Assembly: GCA_963773065.1 (NCBI GenBank)
Contig: CAVYZN010000023.1
Span: 1-64,000, forward strand
Length of the DNA: 64,000 nt
Reading direction: 5' to 3'
Source: an uncultured Gammaproteobacteria bacterium
GTDB taxonomy: Bacteria; Pseudomonadota; Gammaproteobacteria; UBA9214
Shown here: positions 21,991-35,265 of the stretch, in pieces
Numbering within the stretch: the stretch's first letter is position 1
How the letters are laid out: every line of letters starts with the position of its first letter
Notes under the pieces: generated by a model
What the model was told of the DNA's origin: nothing
Databases searched by the model: none
Seen by the model: the letters and a program-made list of their open reading frames with translations, nothing else
Translations under genes and position numbers: made by a program

Positions 21991-22728
21991 TCAGTGTACG
22001 TCTTTCCAGAATTCCTTTTTCATCAGGTAGGCGACCACCAGAAACACCAGCAGGAACATGATCACCTTCACGCCTAAAGCACGCCGCTCATGTTTGCCGG
22101 GCTCGGCCATATAATCCAGGAAATTGACCAGATCGCGCACGGCGCGATCGTATTCCTTGGGGCTCATCAAACCGGGTTCTTCCAGCTCGAGTTCGACCAC
22201 CTTACGCTCGGTACCATCAGGATCCCTGACGGTGGTGATGACCGGCTTCTGCCAGCCCTGCAGCTCCCAAAGCACGAACGGCATGCCCACGTCAGGGAAC
22301 ACCAGGTTGTTGACGCCGGTGACGCGCGAGCCATCCTTGTAGAAGGAGCGTAAATAGGAGTACAGCCAGTCGACGCCGCGTGAACGCGCGATAACAGACA
22401 GATCCGGTGGCACGGTGCCGAACCACTCGATGGCATCCTCGGGATCGGTGGCGACGGTCATCAGCTCGCCGACCCTGCCGCCGGTAAACATCAGGTTCTC
22501 GGCAACCACCGGTTCACTGATGCCGAGGTCATGGCCCATGCGCTCGTAACGCATCAGGGCCGCCGCATGGCAGCTCAGGCAATAATTGACGAACAGGCGT
22601 GCGCCACGCTGCAACGACTGCTGGTTATCGGGGTCGATGTTGGCCTTGTCGAGATGCACGCCGCCCGTGGCCGCCATCGTAAATGCGGGTGTAAGCATGA
22701 GCAACAAGGAGAGTAATCGCTTCTTCAT
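21991..22728 (-). CDS. petC: Cytochrome c1
   Basis: Signal peptide, CLSCH, PPDLS, C-terminal TM and KKEFWKDVH. Confidence 0.95.
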   Translation of the reverse strand: MKKRLLSLLLMLTPAFTMAATGGVHLDKANIDPDNQQSLQRGARLFVNYCLSCHAAALMRYERMGHDLGISEPVVAENLMFTGGRVGELMTVATDPEDAIEWFGTVPPDLSVIARSRGVDWLYSYLRSFYKDGSRVTGVNNLVFPDVGMPFVLWELQGWQKPVITTVRDPDGTERKVVELELEEPGLMSPKEYDRAVRDLVNFLDYMAEPGKHERRALGVKVIMFLLVFLVVAYLMKKEFWKDVH

Positions 22729-23954
22729 TATGACGTTACCCTGTCCGGTACCGGTTTGGTTTTTTCGAATATGGGGATGATCAGCAAGGCCGCGAAGAAC
22801 GCAAAATACAGAATGCTGAACACCCGGGCGAAGTTGGTGAGCAGCGGCGTTGCCGGCTCGCCGCCCAGATAACCCAGCGCGAGGAAACTGATGATGAACA
22901 CGGCCAAGGACAGCTTGTACGAGGTTCCCCGGTAACGTATGGATTTTACCGGACTGCGGTCCAGCCAAGGCAGGAAAAACAGCAGCACGATGGCCGCGCC
23001 CATGGCCACGACCCCGAAGAACTTGTCCGGCACCGCGCGCAGGACGGCGTAGAACGGCGTGAAGTACCACAGCGGCTTGATATGCTCGGGCGTCTTCAGG
23101 GGATCCGCGGGCACGAAGTTGTCATGCTCCAGGAAATAGCCGCCCAGCTCCGGCGTGAAGAACACCGCGATGCAGAAGAGGATCAGGAAGACGATCACGC
23201 CCACGATGTCCTTCACGGTGTAGTAGGGATGAAACGGAATACCGTCCAGGGGATGGCCGTCCGGACCCTTGGTTTTCTTGATCTCCACGCCGTCCGGATT
23301 GTTCGAACCGACCTCGTGCAGGGCGAGGATGTGCATCACCACCAGCGCCAGCAGGATGATCGGCACCGCGATGACATGGAAGGCGAAAAAGCGATTCAGG
23401 GTGACGTCGGAGATCACGTAGTCGCCGCGTATCCACAGCGCCAGGGCTTCCCCGATGCCGGGAATGGCGCCGAACAGCGAGATGATGACCTGGGCGCCCC
23501 AGTAGGACATCTGCCCCCAGGGCAGCAGGTAGCCCATGAACGCCTCGGCCATCAGGCACACGTAGATGATCATGCCGAAGATCCAGATCAGTTCCCGCGG
23601 TTTCTTGTAGGAGCCATACAGCAGGGCGCGGAACATGTGCAGGTACACCACGATAAAGAAGAAGGAGGCGCCGGTGGAATGCATGTAACGGATCAGCCAG
23701 CCCCAGTTCACATCCCGCATGATGTATTCGACGGAATTGAATGCCAGCAGGGCGTCCGGTTTGTAATTCATGGTGAGCCAGATGCCGGTCACGATCTGCA
23801 TGACCAGCACCAGCAGGGCCAGGGAGCCGAAGTAGTACCAGAAGTTGAAGTTCTTGGGTGCGTAATACTCCGCCAGGTGCTCATTCCACATCTGGCTGAG
23901 CGGGAAACGCGCGTCGATCCAGCCGAGCAGGCCGGTCTTCCATTTTTCAGCCAT
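22728..23954 (-). CDS. petB: Cytochrome b
   Basis: GWLIRYMH, YLLPWGQMSYWG, HEVGSNNP, HIKPLWY. Confidence 0.97.
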   Translation of the reverse strand: MAEKWKTGLLGWIDARFPLSQMWNEHLAEYYAPKNFNFWYYFGSLALLVLVMQIVTGIWLTMNYKPDALLAFNSVEYIMRDVNWGWLIRYMHSTGASFFFIVVYLHMFRALLYGSYKKPRELIWIFGMIIYVCLMAEAFMGYLLPWGQMSYWGAQVIISLFGAIPGIGEALALWIRGDYVISDVTLNRFFAFHVIAVPIILLALVVMHILALHEVGSNNPDGVEIKKTKGPDGHPLDGIPFHPYYTVKDIVGVIVFLILFCIAVFFTPELGGYFLEHDNFVPADPLKTPEHIKPLWYFTPFYAVLRAVPDKFFGVVAMGAAIVLLFFLPWLDRSPVKSIRYRGTSYKLSLAVFIISFLALGYLGGEPATPLLTNFARVFSILYFAFFAALLIIPIFEKTKPVPDRVTS

Positions 23955-24547
23955 TACGCAGCCCCTCCTTCATCTCCGATCAGGAGCTCAGTCGCGCTCA
24001 GGTAGCGGTGCGGGGGCACCGGCAGGTTCAGCGGCGCCGGCACGCCCTGGAATACCCGCCCGGCCAGATCGAAACGGGAACCGTGGCAGGGGCAGAAGAA
24101 GCCGCCTTTCCAGTCCTTGCCCAGATCGGCCGGTGCGACATCCGGGCGAAAGGTCGGCGAGCAACCCAGATGGGTGCAGATGCCGATCAGCACCAGATAT
24201 AAGGGTTTGATGGAACGGTACTCGTTTTTAGCGTAGTCGGGCTGCTCCGACTGCTGAGACTCGGGGTCGCGCAGTTGGCCATCGAGCGTCGGCAGTGTGT
24301 CGAGCATTGCCTGGGTCCGGTTGACGATCCAGATCGGCTTGCCGCGCCACTTGACGCGTATCATTTGACCCGGTTCAAGTTTGCTGATATCGGCCCGTAC
24401 CGGGGCGCCTGCGGCGCGAGCCTTGGCGCTGGGCTGCATGGATGAAATGAAAGGCACCAAAGCAAAAGCCACTCCCACCCCGCCGATGACGGTGGTGGCT
24501 GCGGTCAAAAACCGACGCCTGCTTGGATTGACCTCATCGCCACTCAT
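23954..24547 (-). CDS. petA: Rieske iron-sulfur subunit of the bc1 complex
   Basis: Tat motif SRRRFL, CTHLGC, CPCHGS. Confidence 0.97.
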   Translation of the reverse strand: MSGDEVNPSRRRFLTAATTVIGGVGVAFALVPFISSMQPSAKARAAGAPVRADISKLEPGQMIRVKWRGKPIWIVNRTQAMLDTLPTLDGQLRDPESQQSEQPDYAKNEYRSIKPLYLVLIGICTHLGCSPTFRPDVAPADLGKDWKGGFFCPCHGSRFDLAGRVFQGVPAPLNLPVPPHRYLSATELLIGDEGGAA

Positions 24548-24770
24548 ACGAGCATTCTCCAAGTAGAGAAATCAATAACTTGTATCCCCGCCAGCAACGA
24601 TGGCCCGGCAAGGTAATATTAATTAATTCGGAATATACTGAATTGCTAGATGAACTCCGTCAGGACGGCATAGGATGGTCCAACTGCCCCACAAGGTCAA
24701 GGGCAATATGGGAAAAAGTCAGCCACAAAGCCGTTTAGATCAGCCGTGCGATCAGGCCGGGCGGAACTGC

Positions 24771-25529
24771 TCAGACCGGGTTTTCAATGTCGATAAACTG
24801 GTGCCGTAGCGCGAAGCGTTCCGCCAGATGATTACCCAGCGCCCGCACCCCAAAGCGTTCCGTCGCGTGATGACCGGCCGCGAAGTAGTGTATGCCGCAT
24901 TCGCGCGCGACATGCACGGTCTGTTCCGAGATTTCCCCACTGATAAAGGCATCCAGCCCAAGTCCCGCCGCCGCCTCGATGTAGGATTGCGCCGCGCCCG
25001 TGCACCAGCCAAGCGAACGGATAACCTCACGCGCGCCGGGGATGTGCTGCGGCGCCCGGCCCAGCGCGCGGCTGATAAGCTCGGTGAGCGCCGGCGCATC
25101 CAGCTCCGGCGCCAGCATGGCATAGTGCGCCAGGCCCGTCCCGTCATTGCCTCCGAAGGTGCCGCGGGTTTCAACACCCAACACCCGGGCCAGTTGGGCA
25201 TTATTGCCCAGTTCCGGATGTGCATCGAGCGGCAGGTGATAGGCCAGCAGGCTGATCTGCGCGCCGAGCAGCCGCTGCAAGCGCCGGCGCTTCATGCCGG
25301 TAATGCACGGGTCTTCCCCTTTCCAGAAATACCCGTGGTGCACCAGCACGGCATCGGCACCCGCCGCGATCGCCGCCTCAATCAGGGCCAGGCTGGCCGT
25401 CACCCCGCTGACCAGAATACCGACTTCCGGCCTGCCCTCCACCTGGAGACCGTTGGGACAATAGTCCTGGAAGCGCCCGATATCGAGCAGGGTATTCGCG
25501 TAATCCACCAGTTCCCGCAGGGTTGCCAT
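24771..25529 (-). CDS. Nif3-like dinuclear metal center protein
   Basis: DYCPNGLQVEG, VHHGYFW, YHLPLDAH, GHHATE. Confidence 0.93.
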   Translation of the reverse strand: MATLRELVDYANTLLDIGRFQDYCPNGLQVEGRPEVGILVSGVTASLALIEAAIAAGADAVLVHHGYFWKGEDPCITGMKRRRLQRLLGAQISLLAYHLPLDAHPELGNNAQLARVLGVETRGTFGGNDGTGLAHYAMLAPELDAPALTELISRALGRAPQHIPGAREVIRSLGWCTGAAQSYIEAAAGLGLDAFISGEISEQTVHVARECGIHYFAAGHHATERFGVRALGNHLAERFALRHQFIDIENPV

Positions 25530-25571
25530 GCGTTCCGGTTCCCTAATGTGATATGTTAGCCGGTATGAAAA

Positions 25572-25818
25572 ATTCACCGCGGAGAGGCCGAGAGCGCAGG
25601 GTCATTGAAGTATGTTCCGCCTTACTGTTTACCGAAAATGGCCTGCTTGAACATTGAGCATGATTACCCCATCCGCCAACCCGTTGTGCTTCCCTGTTCC
25701 CGGTTATTAAGGCTTATGGATTACTCTAAGCTGTAATTTTCTCCACCGACTACAGGGAGGTAGGAGGTAGGGTAACGTCGGGAGTAGTTACCAAGTACTT
25801 TGCGCCTCCGCGGTAAAT
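25572..25818. repeat. Intergenic element with imperfect ATT(C/T)ACCGCGGAG inverted ends and an internal GGA-hairpin module (25747-25795)
   Basis: 12 of 13 bp IR at 25572-25584 and 25806-25818; internal CGACTACAGGGAGGTAGGAGGTAGGGTAAC...GTTACC matches the module at 33620. Confidence 0.6.
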
Positions 25819-25858
25819 CAGCACAGCGCTTCTGAGTCATCAGCAGGTTATACCACCC

Positions 25859-27061
<1,203 letters not shown>

Positions 27062-27094
27062 AGGAGGGGCGCCAACAGATATCAAAGGATTATC

Positions 27095-27156
27095 AGAGTA
27101 CTTGATCCGCCGTGTCCTGATGGTTCGATTGCTCGTGGGATGTATTCAAGTACTCT
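27095..27156. repeat. 11-bp inverted repeat AGAGTACTTGA at the edge of the foreign insert
   Basis: 27095-27105 and 27146-27156 are reverse complements. Confidence 0.5.
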
Positions 27157-27172
27157 AACCCTTGATCGCGCG

Positions 27173-28414
27173 CTATTGAATCTGCGGCGATAAGTTTAAC
27201 CGCGTAAAAAGGGACGCCAATTTTCGCACATTCGATGACAAATCAAATTCCTTCAAAACCCATTTTTGACCAAGAGCGGCTCGCCTTTGGGCCTCAGTTG
27301 GGTCTGCATAAATTTGGGATAATACATCCGCGAGCGCAGTGATATTTTCAGGAGGCACAAGCCAGCCGGTCTCGCCATTTCTGACCAACTCAGGAATTCC
27401 AGAAATGGATGTTGCCACAACTGGAATACCGCTAGCCATGGCCTCCATCAGCGCCACCGGGATGCCCTCCATTTTGCCGGTGGAAGTTACAACGCTCGGT
27501 TGGGCATAACAATTTGCCGTTCGCAACAAGCGCGAGACCTCATCCTGGGTGCGTGGTCCCATCAATTCGACAAGATCCTCAATATGATACTCATGAATGA
27601 TGCGTTCCAATGCGGCACGCAATTCTCCGCCACCAACAATCCTGCACCGAAATGGGATACCGCGCTCTCGAAGTTCCACACAAGCCCTGATCAGGTACCT
27701 GTACCCCTTGTAGGGTTGCAAACTTCCAATACTGATGATTTCAAGCCGATTGGCATCATGAACGTTATTTACATTTCCGGATTCGTAATACGCAGGGTCT
27801 ATTCCGCATCGAACAATCTGGGTCTTTTCTTTAACCCAGGGACCTAACATATCTGCCAGATAATTGCGGTTAAATTCCGATACCGAGGAAACAAAAACGG
27901 AATCCTGCAATTTGGTTGCGAGCATGGACTTCTCAACGAATATGTCATGCGCATGGACGGTAATGCTGTAAGAAATGCCCGTCAACTGATTGATCAGCCA
28001 GGCAACCAGCGCAGGATGCGTCGCATAATGCGCGTGGATGTGGTCGATGTGATCGAGTTTGAACCGGTCCGCCATCCACACGGCGCGCGGGAACAAAACG
28101 ATTGCACGCGCCAAAAACTTGGGGCTGCTGATATTCTCCCGCAACACTCTCCATAACAGTGAAAAATACTGACGCGGTCGATCGATCATTTTCTGAATAT
28201 TCGCCCGCAGTAAACTGAAGGAAAGCCAAGGCACAGCATGCGCACGCATCAGCCAGGGACGCGCCTCGTTATGTACAAGCTCCTCTCTCTGAATGATCAG
28301 CGGGTACAATTCAATTTGCCATCCCAACTGCTCCAAAGAGATCATTTCACGCAGGATAAACGTTTCAGGCAGGTGCGGAAATCGCGAAACAATATAGGCG
28401 ATTTTGTTCGGCAT
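27173..28414 (-). CDS. Glycosyltransferase family 4 (WcaL-like)
   Basis: FPHLPETFI, HIHAH, HAHDIF, EGIPVALMEAMASG; AT-richer than host genes. Confidence 0.9.
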   Translation of the reverse strand: MPNKIAYIVSRFPHLPETFILREMISLEQLGWQIELYPLIIQREELVHNEARPWLMRAHAVPWLSFSLLRANIQKMIDRPRQYFSLLWRVLRENISSPKFLARAIVLFPRAVWMADRFKLDHIDHIHAHYATHPALVAWLINQLTGISYSITVHAHDIFVEKSMLATKLQDSVFVSSVSEFNRNYLADMLGPWVKEKTQIVRCGIDPAYYESGNVNNVHDANRLEIISIGSLQPYKGYRYLIRACVELRERGIPFRCRIVGGGELRAALERIIHEYHIEDLVELMGPRTQDEVSRLLRTANCYAQPSVVTSTGKMEGIPVALMEAMASGIPVVATSISGIPELVRNGETGWLVPPENITALADVLSQIYADPTEAQRRAALGQKWVLKEFDLSSNVRKLASLFTRLNLSPQIQ

Positions 28415-28429
28415 CGATACACTCTCTTC

Positions 28430-28720
28430 TTTACTGCGTGTCGTCGCTGTTGAAACACATCGAACACGGTCATAATGAGCATGGTGATATCCAACCGCAC
28501 GCTTGCGCGCTCAATGTAGGTAATGTCCAGCCGCAAGCGTTCATCAAACTCAAGTTACGCGCGGCCAAAATTCTCAATAGACCAGTGATGCCCGGCATGA
28601 CGTCCGATCGGCGTGGGTGCAAACTTGTAAGTCGCTGGACCAAACGAAGTGGAACACGGTCCGACAAGACTCATCTCACCGCGTAGAACATGGGCGATAG
28701 GAATCATAACCCACCCCTTT
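28430..28720 (-). pseudogene. Degraded 3' fragment of a priming sugar transferase (WcaJ/CpsE family)
   Basis: Broken frames give VLRGEMSLVGP, PGITGL, RLDITYI...LDITML. Confidence 0.75.
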
Positions 28721-28866
28721 CGTGAGAAACAACCCGAAAACGGCCGCCGCTGATTTACCTCGACACTGAATCCGGGATGAATCCGGTCCGGTTCACACGG
28801 ATCACGCCGTCTCACGTCGGTTTCTTCCGCATCTTTGGCGGTTATCCTGTCGATAGTCCCTGCCCT

Positions 28867-29950
28867 CTAGAGCAGGGACGCCAGCGCCGCCACGAAGGCG
28901 GCGTTTTCCTCCGGTTTCCCGACGGTCACGCGCAGGCAGTCCGCGAGCGCCGGCGCGGAACCACCCAGGTTCTTGATCAGGATGCCGTTTGACATCAGCC
29001 CCTCGAACACTGCACCGCCCCGCCCAGGCGGCACGCGAAACAGGATGAAATTCGCCACGCTCGGGTAAACCGTCAGTCCCGGCAACGCCTGCAATCGACC
29101 GAGCAACTCGCCGCGCTGCTGACGGATGGTCTTCGCCTGCTCCTCGAAGACCGCGTAGTGCCTGAGCGCGAACTCGCCGGTGAGCTGATCGATGCTGCTG
29201 ATGTTGTAAGGCAGGCGCGTTTTCTCGATTTCGACAAGCCATGTCCCCGGACCCGGCCAGCAGACCGAGACGCAGGCCGGCGAGTCCGAGTTTGGAAAGC
29301 GTCCGCAGCACCAGGAGATTGTCATAGGACACCAGGTCGCGCAGGAAACTGTCGTCGGCGAAGGGGGCATAGGCTTCATCGACCACGACCAGACCCGGCG
29401 CACATGCCAGGATAGTCTCGATCGCCTCCCGATCGAACAGGTTGCCGGTCGGGTTGTTGGGATAGGCGAGGAATACCACCGCCGGCTGGTGCGTGGCGAT
29501 GGCATCGAGCATGGCGTGCGCATCGAGCGCAAAATCCTCGCGTAACGGCACGCCCTGGAAGTCGAGGCCGGTAACCACCGCGATTTGACGGTACATCACG
29601 AAGGTCGGCTCCGGCGCCAGGATCACGTGTCCCGGCGCCGCCACCGATTGAATGATCATCTGGATCAGTTCATCCGAGCCGTTGCCGAGTATCACATCGG
29701 CCGCCTCGGGCACTCCCAGTACGCCGCGCATTCGGGATTTCAGGGCGCGCGCCGCGGGATCCGGATAGCGGTTAAGCGCGGCGCCCCGGAGCGTGTTCAA
29801 CCAGTCGTTCACCAACCACTCAGGCCAGGAATAGGGGTTCTCCATGGCATCGAACTTGATCAGATCGGCGGCCGGCGGCACATGGTAGGCCTGCAGCGCC
29901 CGGAGCTGCGGGCGGATGAAGCGATTAATCCTGTAGGTGGATGAAGTCAT
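28867..29950 (-). CDS. hisC: Histidinol-phosphate aminotransferase (frameshift near 29250)
   Basis: DAMENP, NRYPD, GNGSDE, PNNPTG, DEAY, RTLSK, ANFILF, CLRVTVG. Confidence 0.94.
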
Positions 29951-29956
29951 ACCGGC

Positions 29957-31265
29957 TCAGCCGTCCTTCTTGATCCTGGCTTCCGCGGAGCGGGCGTGGG
30001 CGGTCAGGCCCTCGCCGCGGGCGAGGATGGCGGCGGTCCTGCCGAGCACGCTGGCGCCGTCCGCCGAACACCGGATCAGGCTGGAGCGCTTCTGGAAATC
30101 ATAGACACCCAGCGGCGAGGAAAAGCGGGCCGTGCGCGCGGTGGGCAGGACATGGTTCGGGCCCGCGCAGTAATCCCCGAGAACCTCGGCGGTGTAGCGG
30201 CCCATGAAGATCGCACCGGCATGGCGGATCCGCGCCGCCAGCGCCTGCGGCTCCGCGACGGAGAGTTCCAGATGCTCCGGTGCGATGAAGTTGGCGATCT
30301 CGACGGCCTCCTCCAGGTCCCGCACCCGGATCAGGGCGCCCTGCCCCCGCAGCGCGGCCTCGATAATCGCCGCGCGCGGCATGTCCGGCAACAGCCGTTC
30401 GATGCTCTCGCCCACCTGCGACAGAAATTCCGCGTCCGGGCTGAGCAGTATGGACTGGGCATCCTCGTCGTGTTCGGCCTGGGAAAAGAGATCCACGGCG
30501 ATCCAGTCCGGGTCGGTCCTGCCGTCGCAGACCACCAGGATCTCCGAGGGGCCGGCGATCATGTCGATACCGACCTTGCCGAACACCCGGCGTTTGGCGG
30601 CGGCGACATAGGCGTTGCCCGGACCGACGATCTTGTCCACCGCCGGCACCGTCGCGGTGCCATAGGCGAGCGCCGCCACGGCCTGCGCGCCCCCCAGCGC
30701 GAACACCCGGTCCACCCCGGCGATGGCGGCGGCGGCGAGCACCATGTCGTTGACCTCGCCGCGCGGCGTCGGCACCACCATGACCAGTTCCGGCACGCCG
30801 GCCACCTTGGCGGGCACGGCGTTCATCAACACGGACGATGGATAGGCCGCCTTGCCCCCGGGCACGTAAAGACCGACCCGGTCCATGGCGGTGACCTGCT
30901 GCCCGAGCAGCGTCCCGTCGGCCTCCGTGTAGGACCAGGATTCGAGCCGCTGGTGTTCGGCGTACTGGCGCACCCGCTGGGCCGCCAGCTCCAGCGCGGC
31001 GCGCTCGGCGTCGCCGATGGATTCGCAGCGCCAGCGCGCAGCGCGCCGGCGGGATCTCCAGATCGGCGGCATGACGCGGCGTCCAGTGATCGAAACGGCG
31101 GGTCAGGTCGAGCAGCGCCGCATCGCCGCGCGAGCGCACCTCCTCGATGATGTCACTGACCGTCGTATCGATCGTGCGGTCGTACGCCTCTGCGCGGGTC
31201 ACCAGCCTTTCCAGCGCCTGGCGGAAACCGGCGTCGCGGCTGTCAAGTCGTGTTATCTCGGCCAT
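29957..31265 (-). CDS. hisD: Histidinol dehydrogenase (frameshift near 31030)
   Basis: [40 protein letters not shown]. Confidence 0.95.
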
Positions 31266-31283
31266 GGTGATGAGAAATGCGGG

Positions 31284-31916
31284 TTAATGACCGCAGGCCG
31301 CCTTGAGCCGGGCAATGAGCTGTGTGATGCGCTGGTGTTTCATCTTCATGGCGGCCTTGTTGACGATCAGCCGCGAGCTGATGTCGGCGATGTGCTCGAG
31401 CGGCACCAGGCCGTTGGCCCTGAGCGTGTTGCCCGTGTCCACCAGATCGACAATCCGGTCGGCCAGCCCGACCAGCGGCGCCAGTTCCATGGAGCCGTAG
31501 AGCTTGATGATTTCCACCTGCTCGCGCCGGTCGGCATAGTAACGGCGGGTGCTCTGCACATACTTGGTGGCAATGCGCAGGCGCCGGGTTGGGCAGACCC
31601 GCTGCTCGGGACCGGCCACCATCAGCCGGCAGCGGGCGATACCCAGATCGACGGGCTCGTAGAGGCCGTTGCCGCCGTGTTCCATCAGCACGTCCTTGCC
31701 GGCCACGCCCAGGTCGGCGGCGCCGTATTCGACGTAGGTCGGCACGTCCGCGGCGCGGATAATGACCAGTTTCACGTCGTCCTGGCTGGTATCCAGGATC
31801 AGCTTGCGGCTGGTGTCCGGGTCGTCCGCGGGCTCGATGCCGGCCGCGGCCAGCAGCGGCAGCGTCTCCCTGAAGATGCGTCCCTTGGACAGGGCGATGG
31901 TCAGCAGCGTATTCAT
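31284..31916 (-). CDS. hisG: ATP phosphoribosyltransferase (short form)
   Basis: [30 protein letters not shown]. Confidence 0.96.
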   Translation of the reverse strand: MNTLLTIALSKGRIFRETLPLLAAAGIEPADDPDTSRKLILDTSQDDVKLVIIRAADVPTYVEYGAADLGVAGKDVLMEHGGNGLYEPVDLGIARCRLMVAGPEQRVCPTRRLRIATKYVQSTRRYYADRREQVEIIKLYGSMELAPLVGLADRIVDLVDTGNTLRANGLVPLEHIADISSRLIVNKAAMKMKHQRITQLIARLKAACGH

Positions 31917-31968
31917 GACGGACAAGTTTCAGGGAGATAACCCTGATTTACAAGCGTGCGGGGGTGCA

Positions 31969-33240
<1,272 letters not shown>

Positions 33241-33480
33241 CTAGCGCCCCGGCCCTTGCCGGGCGTCCGGTGTCAGGGTACGCAGGCTCAACGCGTGGAT
33301 TTCACCGCCCATGCGTTCACCCAGCGTGGCGTAGACCAGGCGGTGCTGCTGCACCATGGTAAGGCCGGCAAACTGGCGGCTGACGACCACCGCCTCAAAA
33401 TGATCGCCTTCCCCCTTGACGATCACCTCGGCATCCGGCATTCCGGATTGGATCAGGGCCTGTAATTCACTTGCCTGCAT
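33241..33480 (-). CDS. ibaG: BolA/IbaG family protein
   Basis: GDHF, QQHRLVY, IHALSL; between mlaB and murA. Confidence 0.9.
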   Translation of the reverse strand: MQASELQALIQSGMPDAEVIVKGEGDHFEAVVVSRQFAGLTMVQQHRLVYATLGERMGGEIHALSLRTLTPDARQGPGR

Positions 33481-33530
33481 GGCTGCGCTGCTCCCGCACG
33501 GTGTCGCAACTCACCGATATCGATAACTGC

Positions 33531-33756
33531 CTTAACAAAGCCTCATGCCGGGTAAGTCCTGTAGTGACCGTCGGCCGCAGGGACGATGCACAGGGATGTG
33601 CAAGTGTCGCGTGAGGGCACGACTGCAGGGATGCAGGAGGTAGGGTAACGCAGGAGCAGTTACCGAGATGCCCGAGCGACTGCGGCCGTCGAGCGTACAG
33701 GGACGTATTCACAGCGTGTCACGGAAGGATTTACCCGGCATGAGGCGTCTATTAAG
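33531..33756. mobile_element. MITE-like element (~226 bp) with long terminal inverted repeats and internal GGA hairpins
   Basis: Left end CTTAACAAAGCCTCATGCCGGGTAAGTCCT, right end AGGATTTACCCGGCATGAGGCGTCTATTAAG (20 of 21 bp core IR); no transposase. Confidence 0.75.
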
Positions 33757-33786
33757 CGTCTATACAATAGGAGGCAAAATAGCGTT

Positions 33787-34092
33787 TCAACCAGTGCCTG
33801 ACGGCAGTATCCCGTCGAGTCCGCAGACGCGCGCTATCGACTGCATCTGCACCGGCATATTCATAAAGGTAATGGATTTGCCCAGCCGTTCCGATTCCCG
33901 CAGCCACTCGATCAGCAGCGCCAGTCCCGCGCTATCCGAGCGCGTCACCCCCGCGAGGTCGATACTGATCCGGGGACGGTCCGTCGCCTTGAAGTCCGGC
34001 CCGGTCCGCAGGGCGGGAACGGTACTGAAGCTCAGGTCGCCGGTGAGTTTCCAGCTCCCGTGCCCGGTCTCCTCGATGCGGGGTTCGTTCAT
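33787..34092 (-). CDS. mlaB: STAS domain protein MlaB
   Basis: LTGDLSF, IDLAGVTRSDSAGLALL. Confidence 0.88.
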   Translation of the reverse strand: MNEPRIEETGHGSWKLTGDLSFSTVPALRTGPDFKATDRPRISIDLAGVTRSDSAGLALLIEWLRESERLGKSITFMNMPVQMQSIARVCGLDGILPSGTG

Positions 34093-34795
34093 CGGCCGGC
34101 CGCCCCGTTGCGTTCCGCAGAGCTGCCGGATCAGGCTGTCCATACCCTGTTCCCGAATGATGGCGGCGAAGGACGAGCGGTAATTGGTCACCAGACTGAC
34201 GCCATCGACTAACACGTCATAGACCTTCCAGCCATCCCCGGTAAGATACATGGCATAGACAAGCTGGATCGGATTTCCGCCCGCCTGTTCGATCTCGCAA
34301 CGGACATTGACCTGCCGCGCATCCGGTGCGGCCAGCAGCGGAAGGTAACTGATCTTCATGTCGCGGTAATCCATCAGGGTATGGCCGTAGGTGCGCACCA
34401 TCAGTTGCTGGAATTCCCCGACAAACCGGTCGCGCTGTTCCGGCGTCGCGGAACGCCAGTAGGGCCCCAGTACCCACATGCCCATGCGCCTGAAATCGAA
34501 ATGCGGCAGCGCAATCTCGGAGATCAGTTCGTAGAGCCGGCCCTCATTCTGGTCGATAGCCGCCTTTTCCGTCCTTGAGAGCCGTCAGCATCCGCGACGT
34601 GGTGTCCCGCACCAGATCGACGGGCGAGGGATTGCCGGCGACGGCGAGCAGCGGCAGCAGTGCGCACACCGCCGGTATGAGGATGGTTTTCAGTCGCCGC
34701 TGAATCTTCCCCGAGCGCAGGAAGAAGCGTCCGCCGGCAGCGCGCCTGCCGTCCCGCCCTGCTGCGCCCGTAGCGACCGGAACGAAGGCCGTCAC
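34089..34795 (-). CDS. mlaC: Phospholipid-binding protein MlaC (frameshifted)
   Basis: PHFDF, VLGPYW, WKVYDVLVDGVSLVTNYRSSF. Confidence 0.88.
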
Positions 34796-35262
34796 TTGTT
34801 TTCTTTCGCGGCCGCGTTGTAGAGAAACTGACCGATGATCTGTTCCATCACCAGGGCCGACTGGGTCAGGTGTATCCGGTCGCCCGCCTTGAGGTTCTGC
34901 TCCGAACCCCCCGGCTGCAGCGAAATGTACTGCTCGCCCAGCAGGCCGGCGGTGAAGATGCTGGCGGAGGTGTCTTCGGGGAAGCTGTTGTACTTGTCCT
35001 CGATGCGCAGAGAGACCACGGCCTCATAGGCGCTGGTATCATAATCGATGGCCTCGACGCGCCCGACGCGCACGCCGGAGACGGTCACCGGCGAGCGGAC
35101 CTTCAGTCCGCCGATGTTCTGGAACGCCGCGGTCACGATGTAGCTCTCGCCGCTGATGTTGGCGCTGAGATTGCTGACCTGCATGGCGAGCATGAACAGG
35201 GCGGCCATGCCGCCGGCAACGAACAGACCCACCCCGATTTCCACTGCCCTGCTATTTTGCAT
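34792..35262 (-). CDS. mlaD: MCE protein MlaD
   Basis: VGLFV, FQNIGGLKVRSPV, TAGLLGEQY. Confidence 0.95.
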   Translation of the reverse strand: MQNSRAVEIGVGLFVAGGMAALFMLAMQVSNLSANISGESYIVTAAFQNIGGLKVRSPVTVSGVRVGRVEAIDYDTSAYEAVVSLRIEDKYNSFPEDTSASIFTAGLLGEQYISLQPGGSEQNLKAGDRIHLTQSALVMEQIIGQFLYNAAAKENK

Positions 35263-35265
35263 CTC

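Noticed and set aside
33787-34485. Apparent MlaC-MlaB fusion
   Set aside because: An ATGA overlap is present at 34089-34092; explained by an indel near the mlaC end.
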